Source of the DNA: Eledone cirrhosa
Taxonomy: Eukaryota
NCBI GenBank assembly: GCA_964016885.1
Contig: OZ024743.1
Span: 190,650,001 to 190,714,000, forward strand
Direction of reading: 5' to 3'
Length of the DNA: 64,000 nucleotides
In this document: positions 11,870-25,789 of the stretch, piece after piece
Layout: each line of letters starts with the position of its first letter
Numbering within the stretch: the stretch's first letter is position 1
The notes under the pieces: generated by a model
What the model was told of the DNA's origin: nothing
The model's input: the letters and a program-made list of their open reading frames with translations, nothing else
Databases searched by the model: none
Made by a program: the position numbers and the translations under genes

Positions 11870-14665
11870 GCCGTTATAGTTATAGGAATAAACAAAGAGT
11901 GCTTAGAAATACATTGTTTTATTAGCTAACAATGTTTCATCCATACACCATGGCAGGTATCTTCAGAGCCTATAAACATGAGTATATCAGTAGTTGCATG
12001 CTCCATCGAGCTGCGTCACCAGAACGAGGTTAAGTGCACAGCAGGGGGTCTCGAGGCTATATGGAAAAAGACAGAATACATGATGCACATGATGTCATAA
12101 AGTGTCTTAAACATTTTTTAATTAAAAATTCCACCAAAAATGTATCACTTAGATGGTGCAATAGATGATAAAGAGGTTGGGAGAGGGTAGCAAGGGATGA
12201 GTGAGGGTATTACTCAGCATGATCAGAAACAATAAGTAAATAAAAAAAATAATAAAAAAAGTACAAAAATACAGGGATAAGAAAAGAGATAAATACAAAT
12301 ATACAAAACAATAAAGGAACAAAAAGCCCGGAACCCCGCCCCCCAAAAAAACATATATAAGACAAAGCAAAGCATAGATACATCAAAGCACAAGCAGTGC
12401 AAAAAGAGGGTGTACAGGCAGATCAAGAGAGTTTGCAAGCATGAGTCTGTGAAAAGAATTGTTGGTTAGCAGTAATGCAGCCTTACATGTATGATATTCC
12501 ATATGAAGGATGGTGTACTCCAATTATATCGCATTGTAACAGGTCGATTCTCTTCATCATATCCGCACCCTACGAACCACATCGATATGTTCCAGTTCCG
12601 AACGCTAAGGGAGATAACACTATTTTTCCAAAACCTATACCCAGGGGATTTATCACCATAGGCGGTCTGGGATATACACATAAAATCTACAATAAAAAAT
12701 AAAAGAGGGTACGACGAGTTAAAGAAATGTATGGCACATATACAGCCAGCACAGATGTGAGGAAATGGAAAACATTCGGTCACACAATCCAACGTGCCAG
12801 GTGAAATTCACTGTATGTCCAATTGGCGTTCAACCAATGTACATTTTTAAGCGGTGTGTACAGCTTATCGTTTCAGCTCTGCTGTTGATGAGCTCGTGGG
12901 GTGCCGTTATGATGTGGTAGAGCTCCATGAGGCAAAGCTCGCACTTCCTCTTGAAGTTGTACGGTGCAGTCCTGCCGATAATTTCCCAGTGCTGATGTTT
13001 GAGTCTTTTAATGTTGTGATGTAGTTCGCGAGCGAAGTGGAGTCTTAATTTCTTATTTGCGAAAGTGTGGAGATGTGTTCGAAATCTAATTTTGAACGGG
13101 CCAGAGGTAGCCCCTATATAATGTTTAACGCTATTATGGCTAGTGCACCTATATATAACCCTATCAGTCAAGCAGTTTCCCCTAAGGGGGCAGCGTCCAC
13201 GGTAAGGCTATTATTATTGCTATCTACGTTGTTACCTACGCTCCCGCATCTGTCGTTAGCACCATTATAACCTACTGTGCGCGGGGTGGTACCATTATTA
13301 TTTCACACGCAGCAGCGTCTTCCGTTGCCGCTAGGTGACCCCTGCGGTTCACCTGCATATTCTCCAATCATGTCGCCGTTATGTTGGTTGCGTCTGTAGA
13401 GGCTGTTGCCAGCACTATTGGATGCTGCTAGGGAGTCGTTAAGGCCGATATAGTTGTTGTCAGGTGTAGGTGCGTCTTTGCTAAGGTGCTGTGTCTTGGT
13501 GATGATCTTACTGTGATTAGTTGTTCCTATGATGTCTGCTAGGTTAGGAGTAGTAGAGAAGAATATTTTTATATTGTTCCTATTAAGGATGTTCCTATAT
13601 TTATGGTTGGGTGGGAAGTTCTTCTCTAATGCTTCGAAGAATATCCGGCGTATGTCGGAGGCCACACTCCGAGAGTAGGGGGGATGGAACCATAGGACGT
13701 TACGGTGGCGATTACGTGTCTTTGTACGTTTGCTACGGGTTGTGCTATCAGGGTGACTGCTCTTATGTTAATGCGATGTAGCCCGTTACGTGTCCCTTTC
13801 GCTTTATGCTCGGGTGCACTCTTCTTCCTTCTGCTATGTTTATATATAGGAAGTTGTTGGTTGGAAGGAGTTGGTAGTAGGCCGTCGCCTTTGTTGATTT
13901 TATAGTAGGGGAATAATTCAAGTAGGCTACAGTGGTCACCACCACCGGGGTCGCGATCTTTATTGTGTGGTAAACTATCTATACTATCGCCAGTGTAATT
14001 AACATTGTGGCCGTGTTCTTTAGTGCGATTTTCTATACTATTACATCCGACACCTACGAAGTAACCGCGTGATCGGTTATAGGTATGGCTTACTATAACG
14101 TTAGTCTTATGGGGAGGGGGTCTGGAGCTAGCATTAGGGATGTAGGAGATTCCTCGGTTCAAACAGGCGCTTCTCAAGGCCCTATTGCAGTAATCTGCCG
14201 CTTGGTTGAAGATATCCTCATTGGCGGAGAGCCTCGAGATCATATGTGAGATACTATAGACTATGGAGTTGAGAGTCTGCTTAGGGTGGTTGGAGGCATA
14301 ATTAATATAAGAAAGGCTCTCTCCAGGTTTATGGTATGGCTTGTATAGGCCCGTAGTCAATTCCAGGGTCACGTCCAGGAAGCCGACAACCTGGTGGCTG
14401 AGGTCTATAGTTACGGATAGGCCGTATGACTTGAAGAACCTGTGTATGTGCTTGTTAAGGTTCTCTATTCTACGAAGGCTATGGTTCCTAACGGTAAACA
14501 GGGCATCATCCCTATAAACACCTCCTTGTAGGGCCGGTATCTCGTCCCTAAGCTTATGGAGGAGATATATTCCGACCAGGTCGGTTGCTTGCGCTGAGTC
14601 GCTGGACCCCATCGTGATATCGAAGTTATCAGGACGGTTGATTCTGGTCCAGTGGGAGGGAGCCT
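11870..14665 (-). mobile_element. 5'-truncated Penelope-like element (Hydra-type RT with C-terminal GIY-YIG), frameshifted
   Basis: FDITMGSSDSAQATDLVG, GVYRDD, FLDVTL, YINYASNHP, FPPNHKYRNILNRNNIK; CPLRGNCL; VIY..YIGATSGPFKIRFRTHLHTF..WEII..CELC; terminal HHR then AATAAA. Confidence 0.9.
11924..11970 (-). ncRNA. Type I hammerhead ribozyme (minimal) at the PLE 3' end
   Basis: ggct-CTGAAGA-tacc..ggat-GAAA-c att g-TT-agct-AATAAA; stem I ggct/agct; stem II imperfect. Confidence 0.7.
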
Positions 14666-14899
14666 TCGTATATATGTATGTATAGAGGTTAGGTGTATGT
14701 ATGGGTGCTGCTACGTGTGTGAAGATGCAATACATTTTGTGGGTGTGCATTATTTCTTATGTATGTGTATGTATGTGTGCTTTTTTTATCCTTAATGGAA
14801 GAGTGCATGAGAGTATACCTACTTGTGATTCTGTGAAGTTTTTCTATGCGTGTCTATGCCCATGCCTGTCTATAAAATGTTAAGGATTATTGTGTACAT

Positions 14900-15090
14900 G
14901 TGGCGGTGGATTGGCAGTACCGGTAGACGGTTGAACGACATGCTTTCCAACATAGAATTACGTCCCTTTACGGTCGGAGTTCAAATCCCACCGAGGTTAA
15001 CTTTACCTTTCATCCTTACGGGGTCGATAAAATAAAGTACCAGTAATGCACTGGAATAATTGCTGGCCTTGTGCCAAAAGTAGAAATATT
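14900..15090 (+). mobile_element. tRNA-derived SINE, family A
   Basis: Head tggcagtaccggtaga and gttcaaatcc; body ctttcatccttacggggtcgataaaataaagtaccag; tail gctggccttgtgcc..tagaaa. Confidence 0.88.
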
Positions 15091-18000
15091 TATTTTGTAC
15101 ATGTGTGTATGCGTGTGTGTGGGTGTATTTATTTGTGTGCAATTTGTATGTGCCTTTATGTGTGCGTGTGTTTATGCTTGTGTGGTATGTGCGGTTATTA
15201 GTCTACATAAGTGAGAGTGTGTATACATATGAATGCATAATCTTTTATGAGTGTCTCTATCCGTGAGTTGGTACAATCCAGGGCTGAAATTGAAGTAACG
15301 AGAAATAATGGTCTGTATTGGATAAAGCTGTGCTATTTCAGGAATTGGTCAGAGGAGAGGCGGCGTGGTTGTGTCTGGCGACCTGAGAAAGGATGTCGTA
15401 TATCTGAAGGTTTGGTAACGCAAAATGAGGAGGTATATATATATATATATATATATATATGAAGAAAACGTTTAAAATGCAGTTAGAGTTTTTAAGATGG
15501 TTTACTTACTATAACTTATAACTTTACCGGTTTCACAAGTAAAGAGAGATGGAGAGATGTGGCTGTACCATGTTTATAACTATCCTAATCATGAATATTT
15601 GATATTAATCAATTTGATCTGAATGGAAAATATTATTTTTGTTAAGATTCGTACACGTATAGATAGAAGTAGCGCTGAAAGACGGGACAAAGAATATAAT
15701 AGAACACAGTGTGATTTTACATAGGTTATAAAGAAAAAACAATTGCAAGAAGCAACAACAAAATATCCATAACGAAAGGTCTCTATTAGGGTTGACAGCC
15801 ACGTAGATTTAATCAAGTAGATCCAGAGATACAGTATTACCCTAAATCTGAAGGAAAATTACTTTTCAAGCAACGTACAGGTGCCAACTGAGACTAGGCC
15901 TATTTTCTGTAGCCATAAATGTCAATCTCTTTCACCATTCGACAAATTGGCTCAACTGTAGCTCATCTCTTTTAACTTTTAAATTACTAGCCAAACAAAA
16001 CTTTAAAATGTTAATGAGGACTTTGCCGAAAATATTATTTTCTGTTCTTAATCCTTTCACTTACATCCAGCGCACATGACCTTTTTTCTTCATAGACCCC
16101 CAAGCAAACAAATCTACCTGACATTCCTGACTAAAAGAAGGCAACAGGATGATCGTTGTAATGGATTATGTGGGCCACCAGATCTGTCTGACAAGCAAGA
16201 ACAGCTATTCAAAAAAACTCCACAAATCAGCAATGCTGGGACATTGAACGATTGCCTTCAGAATGATTCTATCATTCTTCGTGCATTTCAATCAGACTGA
16301 GCTGATGGCATTTTTATGCTTGTAGAGTGTGTTTAGAACTGTTTACAGCCAGCATTTCCAGGTTATGAACTTCTGGAATATATCCATAGTTCTACAACTG
16401 AACTCCCCTCGCCTTGAATAGAGTACACGATTTATTATTGTATTTGCTCAGAGTTTATTTGAGAATTTAGTCACTCTCACCCACTACTAGTTTTCTGTTA
16501 AAATGTAACACTGAAGGTCTACTGGCCGCATTTTCTGGCTGACATAGAGCTGTGATGGAGTGAACTGAGGGAAAACATGACTGATAACAGATGACACTAC
16601 TTTTTTACCATCCTGAAGACTACACAGAAACTGCAACAACAGTGTATCATTAGCAAGAATATAGCATTCAGGCTGAAGCCCAGTTTGTTGGCAACAAATG
16701 GACAGCCTGAGCAATGCACCTTGTCTCTTTCCCTAGTTGTAAAACAGGGCACGACCCTCTGCTCAGACAGAAAAAGGGACAATGTATGACAGCCTGGTGT
16801 TAATTAATATTAATATTTCTAAAATAGTGTACATACCATCTGTCAGTGCATTTGGGATGAGAATTGTGACCCTATTCATATCTACTTGGAGACCTGCATT
16901 ATGCACTCCAGTACTGAAACCGGCTGGTCGCATGAACTTATCTCTTCAAGTGCTGAATTGCAAGCAAACTGATTTTTCCAGTTTAATCATTGTTCTTTTA
17001 GCCACACAGAATTCTTACAAAACGTGGCCATCACCTTGTACTATCATATTATTATAATGATGTTATCTACATATACGGACACAGCTCTCTATATACCTAA
17101 AAATCCAGGAGACCATTTTTTGTCCATATGAGTTTTCTTTTCCCAGTAGTAAATATATTTATCAGTGTACAAGTGTATAAAAGTAGTTACGACATATTGC
17201 ACCTTTACTCTGTTTCGGTTTGGTCATTAGTGACTTTTAATCGATAACACTGTCAACCCTTTCAACTTGGTGGAAGCTTCTTTGGTTAGTCAATATTCAT
17301 TTGTTGAGAATCACGTGCTTAAAATCTATATTCTGATAGGTCCATTAAAATCATCTTCATGAAGAAGGCAAATTGTCATATTTTTCTAAGATGAAAGAAA
17401 AAGAAATGCCATTGGTCATTAATGAATCAATATTTAATTCAGGTTATTTTAGAATAAGATAAAAGAATCACGAGATTCTCAACCAGAATGGTAATGTCGA
17501 TATAATGTATTTTTTACTTTATTTGGATACATATGCGTGTGTGTATGTAGTTTCAACCCACAAAATATTCTTTGAAATATACATATTTATGTGTGTGTGA
17601 CTCAATCGCAAATAACTAGCATTTTTTTACATATTGTCTAGGATGCGTTAGTGATGAATCACTCTAGGTGTTTTGCTCTCTATTATTAAGGACTTCCTTT
17701 ATTTGTTGACATTTTATTTATTGTAATTGTTGACTCCAATTTGTGATGAGAGTTCATCCATACATACATATATGCATAAAGTGAAACTCGATTGCAATTA
17801 AATTATTACATAGTGATGATAAAATCATAAAATATACTCAAAGATTATATTTATATAGGGAGAGAAAGAGAGGAAGATTAGCCAAAATATAGGTTTTGAC
17901 GTTTACTCCAGTGAATCAAATTGATGTGATTGTTTCCTTGGCAACAACTTTCAGGCTGTATTAACAACATCTTTCTCCACCAATGAACTAATTAAATCGA

Positions 18001-20084
18001 AGGACGATGTCCAAATTCATTAATTTCTGTCATCATATCAAGCTGATTGGGAGAAAGTATGATAGAATGTGTGTTCGATAGATAGATAGATAGATAGATA
18101 GATCGATAGACAGGAAATGAACAAACATACATAATAACAGACAGACGGATAGACAGATAGATACCTTTATTTGCCACAAGGGGGTACAAGAAATGGGACA
18201 TTACAAATTGTGTAAACTTTAACATTAATAAATTAAAATAAACTTTATAGATACATAAATGGAACGGTTTATCATACATAAGCCATCGGTAACATGTCTT
18301 TTCAAACAAGGAAAATATAGATATCACTAGTTTTGAAGTTGATAACTATGCTGATTGGACAATATGATTCTGGAGTCCTAAAAAAACGATTTAACGAACA
18401 TTATGATAATAAACTGTAAATTAGTATTCACTTTCACGCAATCTTGATTACCTCCTGAGTTTATATAAACTGACATAATTTTATCCTAAAATTTCTGCTA
18501 CTTATGCACACGTTATGAGTGTAAGCCATGTCAAAATATCTTCCTACAGTTTTAGGTTTATGTGATGTGGAATTCTAAATTTCAATCTCCTTTTCTTTTC
18601 CTGAAGAGGGGAAAGTAATGTAACTGATGGATTATTTCTCGCTTGTATATCGAGAATAACTTAAATTTTAGTCAATTTATTATGAAACAGAAATAGTAGC
18701 ACAGAAAAAAGTTTCTGTTTTCTGAAAGACAATGCTACCAAGTTGTCTTCTTTATTTAATGTTCCTCTATTGCAAAATGTCCTAATTGTTCATCCACTCA
18801 AATTTCTATTGTTATATTCAAAAGACAAGGCTTATGTTTGTGTCTGAATATGTATCAATCCCAATGCATTTTCTTTGTCTGTGTCACAAGACTTGGATTA
18901 TGTTATGCTATAAGATATAACAATGTTCTCTCTTGCTTGTTTTTAATCCTTTGAACGGTCCTTTGTAGCCTCAGTACCCCCATCCTCATCCCCTATTCTA
19001 TGATAGAATTGGCCGACTCCGCTTTTTATAGCAGATGTGATAGATCCCAGATACTTGATTTCTTATCCGATGGCTGCCCCATTTCCGTGCTTTCTACATT
19101 TCTTAGTGGTATCTCTGCTTTAATTTCTCGTATATCAGTATTTTTTTTTTTGGGGGGGGGGGATTCTGAATTAATTTTCCGTATCAAATTTTTTCATATA
19201 CCTCGTACGAGCATTTATGTAGTTTGCACTAGAATTTTTGTATCGTAGCGGCAGCCTTAGAGATAGTATTAGTATTCATTTTCGGGATTCTGAATTATTA
19301 TTTCGTATTAGTTTATTTTTTGCATTGGGTGGTGGCTGGCCTTGGGCCTAAGGTAGAAACATTTATTTCGTATTAGTTTCGGGACTCTGAATTATTATTT
19401 CGTGGTAGTTTATTTAGTATTTTGGCCCCCCACTTGTTGACCTGTCACCGTAAGATTTACTGGGTTGATTACTGCTAACTCTTAAAATGGTCTCATTACA
19501 ATTCCGTCCCACCTAGTAAACTTTTCTATAGTTTAGCAGTACCAGTGAGAGACTTGATGACTGTCGTTAGGGAATAGTAACCAGAAATTGTTTTTTTTTA
19601 TATTTTTAACATTCTTGGTATTATTCTATATATTTACTCCATATTGATTTACTTATTGTTTCGACTTCCTCCCCCTCCCTCTCCCTAGTATACGTGCTTG
19701 ATCTTCTGCCCTGCTGTAGTTGGCACTATCAACGCACGACTGGGTTTCCTCCACCCCCTCTCCCTCTTTCTTCTACTGGCAGGTTCAGCTGCCCCTTCCT
19801 TCCACAAATTGCCATGATAGAATTATGTGTCTCAACAACAAACCTTTGACCAATCCTTGTGACAATCACTTTTACCATATATGGAATTACCCCCTGAGAA
19901 GCTCGGCTATTCATATACCAGGATAAACATGTTCATTTAGTCCAGAATTAGCCGTCGAAACGGCTTGAGCTCAGCCGTCAGGGTCCTACTCGTTCCTATT
20001 ACCCACTCTACTCCCCTAAGTATTGAGTACTTTGGTGCGTTATGGTCCACCTGGTTCCTTACCACATTTTCTTCGTTATATATA

Positions 20085-20134
<50 letters not shown>

Positions 20135-20153
20135 TGTGTGTGTATGCGTGTGC

Positions 20154-20208
<55 letters not shown>

Positions 20209-20639
20209 AGTGTACATATATGTACATTCAGAGAAACACACATATTGTTTTATTTATTTCTTCATATCGCTATTGTGTTCTATGTTTATTGCATCTGGAG
20301 GATTAGCAACTTGTCAGAAGAAATAAATCACCCGACATTGTCAAGGCTTTTGTTCAATAACATAGGTGTGTGAGTACAAATCGCATCATACGCTGTATAT
20401 TTATTTCGAATATATTTCATGTGATTGATTCGTTCAGTCATTAATCCATTTGTATTTGTTTGTCTTTTAGTTTCATTAGATAAAATATGTTTGAAACTTA
20501 AATAAAAGACACTACACATTAGTATATACACCTATAAGTATATTTGTAAATTGCTGATTTTTTGTGGTGGTGGTGGTGGTGGGGAGCATTATTTGTTTCG
20601 CATATCCTATTCTGCCAAGAAAGGCAGATAATATAAATA

Positions 20640-20857
20640 TTTTCTTATATAGACACAAGGCCAGCAATTTTGGGGGAGGTAAAAGTCGATTAACTCGATC
20701 CCAGTGCGTTACTGGTGCTTTATTTTATCGACCCCGTAAGGATGAAAGACAACGTAACCTCGGCGGGATTTGAACTCAGAACATATAGGGTCGTTCGTAA
20801 ATCTATGCTGTGAAGCATACTGTTCGACGCTCTATCGATACTGCCAAACCACCGCCC
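20640..20857 (-). mobile_element. tRNA-derived SINE, family A
   Basis: Reverse complement of the family A motifs (cacaaggccagc, ttatcgaccccgtaaggatgaaag, ggatttgaactc). Confidence 0.88.
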
Positions 20858-20874
20858 TATAATAATTGTAATAA

Positions 20875-20990
20875 TGGCTTTTGAGTTAAGCACAAGACCA
20901 ACAATTTTGGGGAAAAGGGAAAGTCGATTATATCGACTCCAGTGTGTTAGTGGTACTTCATTTTATCGACCCATAAGGATTAAATCAAAG
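20875..20990 (-). mobile_element. Partial SINE family A (3' half)
   Basis: gcacaagacc..ttttatcgacccataaggat. Confidence 0.7.
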
Positions 20991-21569
20991 CTATCTTTAA
21001 AGGAATTCATATTAGCAAACCCATTTCCTCTTCTTTTACGTAATTTTCAAATTTTAATTTTTTTTATTCATCCTTTCAAATATTAGTTGATATTTTAATC
21101 AATATTATAGGGGGAATTTTATTGGTATGTTTTGTTAAATACAATTTTCTATTCTGATCTATTAGACAATTTATATTATATTTATCTTATACAATTTAAC
21201 ACATTGGAACAAGTGAATTAATCAAAATAAAAATGTTTTCTATTTCTTGACTGCCTTGTTCCAGTGTGCTTAAATGTGCTCCAATAATTGTGGTTGTATT
21301 TGAAGTGTAACTAAGACAATTACGTTACGATTTGGATTTTATTATGTCTGTGACGTTTTTATAATAATTGGATGCCTAACCCAGTTAAAAGGATGCTATT
21401 TTAAAAGTGATTGCAGGTGTCATTCACCGTGTAATCTAAACCTATGCCTTGCTTTCGTAGTATTCAGTCACCAAATTTTCGCTATATACATTAATGCTGT
21501 ATTCTATTCCATGAAGTCGCCTGTTATAATTTCATTCAACAACACCACCAGCTCTCTCTCTCATCCTTT

Positions 21570-21646
<77 letters not shown>

Positions 21647-21924
21647 ACTCTACTCTCTCACAACCACTGTCTCTTTCTCTCTATCTTTCTCTCTCTCTAT
21701 TTATGAAGGTACCCGGAAAAACCCCGTAACTTGGGAACCCATGCTCGATTTATGCGAAACTTGTTTATTTCTTTTGTATTCCCATTTCAGGTGCAACACC
21801 CTGTCAAACTATTTCCCATTTTGTCCCGTTTTGGATGTATTAAATTAGAGACGAGCATACAATCACAGAGTTTTAGCAGTATATAGATAGTTAATGTGAT
21901 TATATATATATGTTTATTAAAATA

Positions 21925-22000
21925 ACAGATTAAACTTTAAGCAAAGAATCGCTGCTTTCACCCTTAACGGGATCTTCTGAAACTAACAAAGTCAATCTGT
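21925..22000 (-). ncRNA. Type I hammerhead ribozyme, CAGAAGA core variant
   Basis: Reverse-complement copy of 24772-24847 with one stem I mismatch. Confidence 0.7.
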
Positions 22001-22793
22001 AAACGCAGAAGTGGATATTTCAAAAAACGTTGCAACCAGAGGAAGACAGGAAGAACTTTGGTTCGTGGAAACGTTCGCTATGCAAATAAGTAAAGGTATA
22101 AACAAAACATATACTTAGCTCCCACATCAAGACGTAAAATATCCACGTATAGATCGTACTATCCGTTAGGGTATAGCGTGGGGCTGTAATACAAGAAAGT
22201 GTTGTGCAATTTATGTTTACAAGCCGAAATTGCCTCAGATTTTTTGTTTAAGATGTGGTCTGTGGCGTAGAGTATTTCCAGGGCCTCAGAGTCGCAGAGG
22301 TCACATGGTCTTTTATTTCCGTTATACGATCTAGCCCTAGCTAGGATCTCCCAGTGTAACTTATATTGGGTGTGGTTGTCTTTTAGACTCCAGATAGAAG
22401 CTGAAAGTGACGTCATATTCCTTCTTAGAGGGTAACGAAAAGAATGGGTATGCATGTAAAGACGCTGCTTGAATCTATTGGCCGTTAACCCTATGTAGGC
22501 CCTACGGGACGTGGGTGTTACAACCTTACATTTGTAGACAATGTTACTAGAGAGGCATTTCCCGGATAGGGGGCAATCAACCCGATTCCTACAATTACAG
22601 TTAGTACTAACTACAGGGTTGCACGTGTTCCTACGGCTAGTTAGTTTAGCTAAATTTGAAGCTGTGATGTTATGTGCAAGGTTAGGAGTCGTAGAGTAAG
22701 AAATTTTAATAGTATTTCTATTAAAAATTTTATTATTTTTGTGTAGGGGGAAAATGCTTCGTAATAAGGGAAAGAAAGATCTTAGCTAATGGT

Positions 22794-24618
22794 GTGGCTA
22801 AGGATTCTAATGCCGTGCACGTCCATTCCGACAAAACTGGCAACCTATATCAAGTGAAGCGCAGTACTTACCATCAACTACTACATAATGCTGTAACTAA
22901 GGATTACCGTAAAACTAATCAGTGCGTCATGAATGAATTCAACGATGCTGGGTTTAAAATCACATCTGATCTCAACATCCTGGACCGGACCGAACCTCTG
23001 GACCCTATTTCTCCCCACTTTACCCTGAAGGATCACAAATCCAATTTTCCGAACAACCCCTCTATTCGGCTTATTAACCCTACGGAGTCCGATTTAGGTA
23101 GATTTAGTAAAACGATACTTGATAGAATTATACCTGTAATTAGAAGTTTGGCCTCTCTTGTACTGTGGAACAATTCCTTCGCGGTGATTGATTGGTTCAA
23201 CGGCATATGTTACAAGGAACATTGCCGTTTTATCCAATTCGACATCAACAATTACTACTCCTCCATCACTTTACCACTTCTCCTTAGAGCTATCAATTTC
23301 GCTAAAACACTCACAGTGGTTAAAAATTTCGAAGTTGATGTCATCCTCATTGCCCGAAAGTCGGTGATTAATTTCGACGACTCTATTTGGATTAAAAAAT
23401 CCAATAGTACCCCATTCGACGTGAGTTTGGGCGCCAGTGATTCTGCGGAGGTTACTGATCTTATCGGCCTTTTCCTTTTTTTCTCTATCAAGGACGAATT
23501 CCCCAACGCGGGCGGTGGTTTTTACCGTGGCGATGGTCTTTTGACCATGACTAAGTGCGGACCTCGTGCTTGCGACAGGTTCAGAAAAGAACTCACAGCC
23601 TTCTTTAAAGGCTTCAACCTCTCTATACAGGTTGAGGCCAATCTCTAGGTCGTTAATTACCTCGACGTTACCCTCAACTTATTGAATGGGTTGTATTACC
23701 CGTATAGAAAGCCGAATGATACGCTTAATTACATAAGTAAGCATTCCAACCATCCTGCCAGCATAACCAAGAACCTGATAAGAAACGTTTCGTTGAGGCT
23801 TTCCCGTGTCTCCAGCAACGAGCGTATTTTCAACGACCATTCCACTTATTACAATGAAGCTCTTGCTCGAAGTGGATTTGTCGATAAGGAAGCATATACA
23901 GAGTACAAAAATAGACCTAGAAGAAATAGATCCCGTCGCATTTGTTGGTATAACCCACCATATAATATGGAGGTGGCCACACCATTAGCTAAGATCTTTC
24001 TTTCCCTTATTACGAAGCATTTTCCCCCTACACATAAATATATTAAAATTTATAATAGAAATAATATTAAAATGTCTTACTCTACGACTCCTAAATTTGC
24101 ACATAACATCACAGCTTCAAATTTAGCTAAACTACCTAGCCGTAGGAACAAGTGCAACCCTGTTGTTAGGTACTAACTGTAATTGTAGGAATCGGGTTGA
24201 TTGCCCCCTATCCGGGAAATGCCTCTCTAGTAACATTGTCTACAAATGTAAGGTTGTAACACCCACGTCCCGTAGGGCCTACATAGGGTTAACCGCCAAT
24301 AGATTCAAGCAGCGTCTTTACATGCATACCCATTCTTTTCGTTACCCTCTAAAAAGGAATATGACGTCACTTTCAGCTTCTATCTGGAGTCTAAAAGACA
24401 ACCACACCCAATATAAGTTACACTGGGAGATCCTAGCTAGGGCTAGATCGTATAACGGAAATAAAAGACCATGTGACCTCTGCGACTCTGAGGCCCTGGA
24501 AATACTCTACGCCACAGACCACATCTTAAACAAAAAATCTGAGGCAATTTCGGCTTGTAAACATAAATTGCACAACACTTTCTTGTATTACAGCCCCACG
24601 CTATACCCTAACGGATAG
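22794..24618 (+). pseudogene. PLE RT-GIY-YIG ORF, 5'-truncated and inactivated
   Basis: IRLINP, FIQFDINNYYSSI, FDVSLGASDSAE, YRGD (expected YRDD), WYNPPY, linker CNCRNRVDCPLSGKC (CxCx5Cx5C), IVY..YIGLT..FKQR..H..SF, W..CDLC. In-frame TAG at 23646-23648. The +1 frameshift near 24170 is absent from the inverted copy. Confidence 0.92.
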
Positions 24619-24771
24619 TACGATCTATACGTGGATATTTTACGTCTTGATGTGGGAGCTAAGTATATGTTTTGTTTATACCTTTACTTATTTGCATAGC
24701 GAACGTTTCCACGAACAAAATATCGTCTTCCTCCGGTTGCAACGTTTTTTTAAATATCCACTTCTGCGTTT

Positions 24772-24847
24772 ACAGATTGACTTTGTTAGTTTCAGAAGAT
24801 CCCGTTAAGGGTGAAAGCAGCGATTCTTTGCTTAAACTTTAATCTGT
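24772..24847 (+). ncRNA. Type I hammerhead ribozyme, CAGAAGA core variant
   Basis: acagattga..agttt-CAGAAGA-t ccc gttaa ggg t-GAAA-gcag cgattct ttgc-TT-aaact ttaatctgt; extended stem I with internal loop; AATAAA follows. Confidence 0.75.
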
Positions 24848-24945
24848 TATTTTAATAAATATTTGCTCTACGGTTCTTATATATTTGATATATATTTATC
24901 CTTATCGAGCCCTCTTTGGATTTTAGTCTTCTAATTTATTATTAT

Positions 24946-24976
<31 letters not shown>

Positions 24977-25075
24977 GGAAATAACAACACAACCAGGAGC
25001 TGGACATATCGATGTATTGACGTAGTAAAACACACTTCAACAACATGTGTACCTGTCTTTCCCACACCAATTCGG

Positions 25076-25130
25076 ACTGCCTGAAGAGGTCACAGCCAAT
25101 GATGGCTGTCACCGAAATATATATAGCAGT
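25076..25130 (+). ncRNA. Canonical minimal type I hammerhead ribozyme in a ~210-bp (TA)n-flanked unit
   Basis: actgc-CTGAAGA-ggt c acagcc aatgat ggctgt c acc-GAAA-tatata-TA-gcagt..AATAAA; all three stems pair. Confidence 0.88.
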
Positions 25131-25182
25131 ATATCTATAATTTATAATAAACGAAGCCAAATTTTACATATTTGACCTAATT

Positions 25183-25226
<44 letters not shown>

Positions 25227-25789
25227 AGGCGAGGGTGAAAGCCTGCGAGATGATGGAAAATTTATTTTGAAGCGGCAAAAGTGTTTAATATGTGATGTGA
25301 TACCATGTTTTTGTAAAAGTGTACAATATGATCGTTTATATAGTTTAGTGTGTAGAGACGCTGCCAAGTAAACACCGGGCTAAGTATTATCCTTGTGCTA
25401 AGTATTATACTTGAAGAAGCGCGTATGATTTGTACATCGATTAAATATTTCCGCACAAGTATTTAAACACTCACCAGTGTTTAACTTACCTAATATGTGT
25501 TTTCTCTCTTTTATAATATTGGCAGTACTTTGTTCTGTTGATATATATAGACTTTATCCTCCAGGAGTATTAAAACTTGCTGTAATATGCTTTCAGTGAT
25601 TTCAGTTCTGGCTGACTAATGTAATGGTAGTTCGCTTCTCAACATATTAGTTGCACGAGTTATCTTTTAAAACCCTTGCTTTCCTTTACACATCTCAACT
25701 GGTTGAGTGGTTGGTGTGGTATGCTTGAGATAACATCGACTTCTTATATGACTGATTCAGTGTTGTATGCGTGTATTTCCTGAACCCCA

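Larger units (their letters stand above)
21912..24948 (+). mobile_element. Hydra-type Penelope-like element with an inverted 5'-truncated duplicate (21912-22798 is the reverse complement of ~23976-24860)
   Basis: Near-identical inverted arms; (TA)n at both flanks; HHR in each arm. Confidence 0.93.

Noticed and set aside
16608-16640. CTGAAGA..GAAA hammerhead-like match
   Set aside because: Stems I and III cannot form.
15860-17110. Possible decayed hAT transposase on the minus strand
   Set aside because: Only vague motif echoes across broken frames; unsupported without a translated search.
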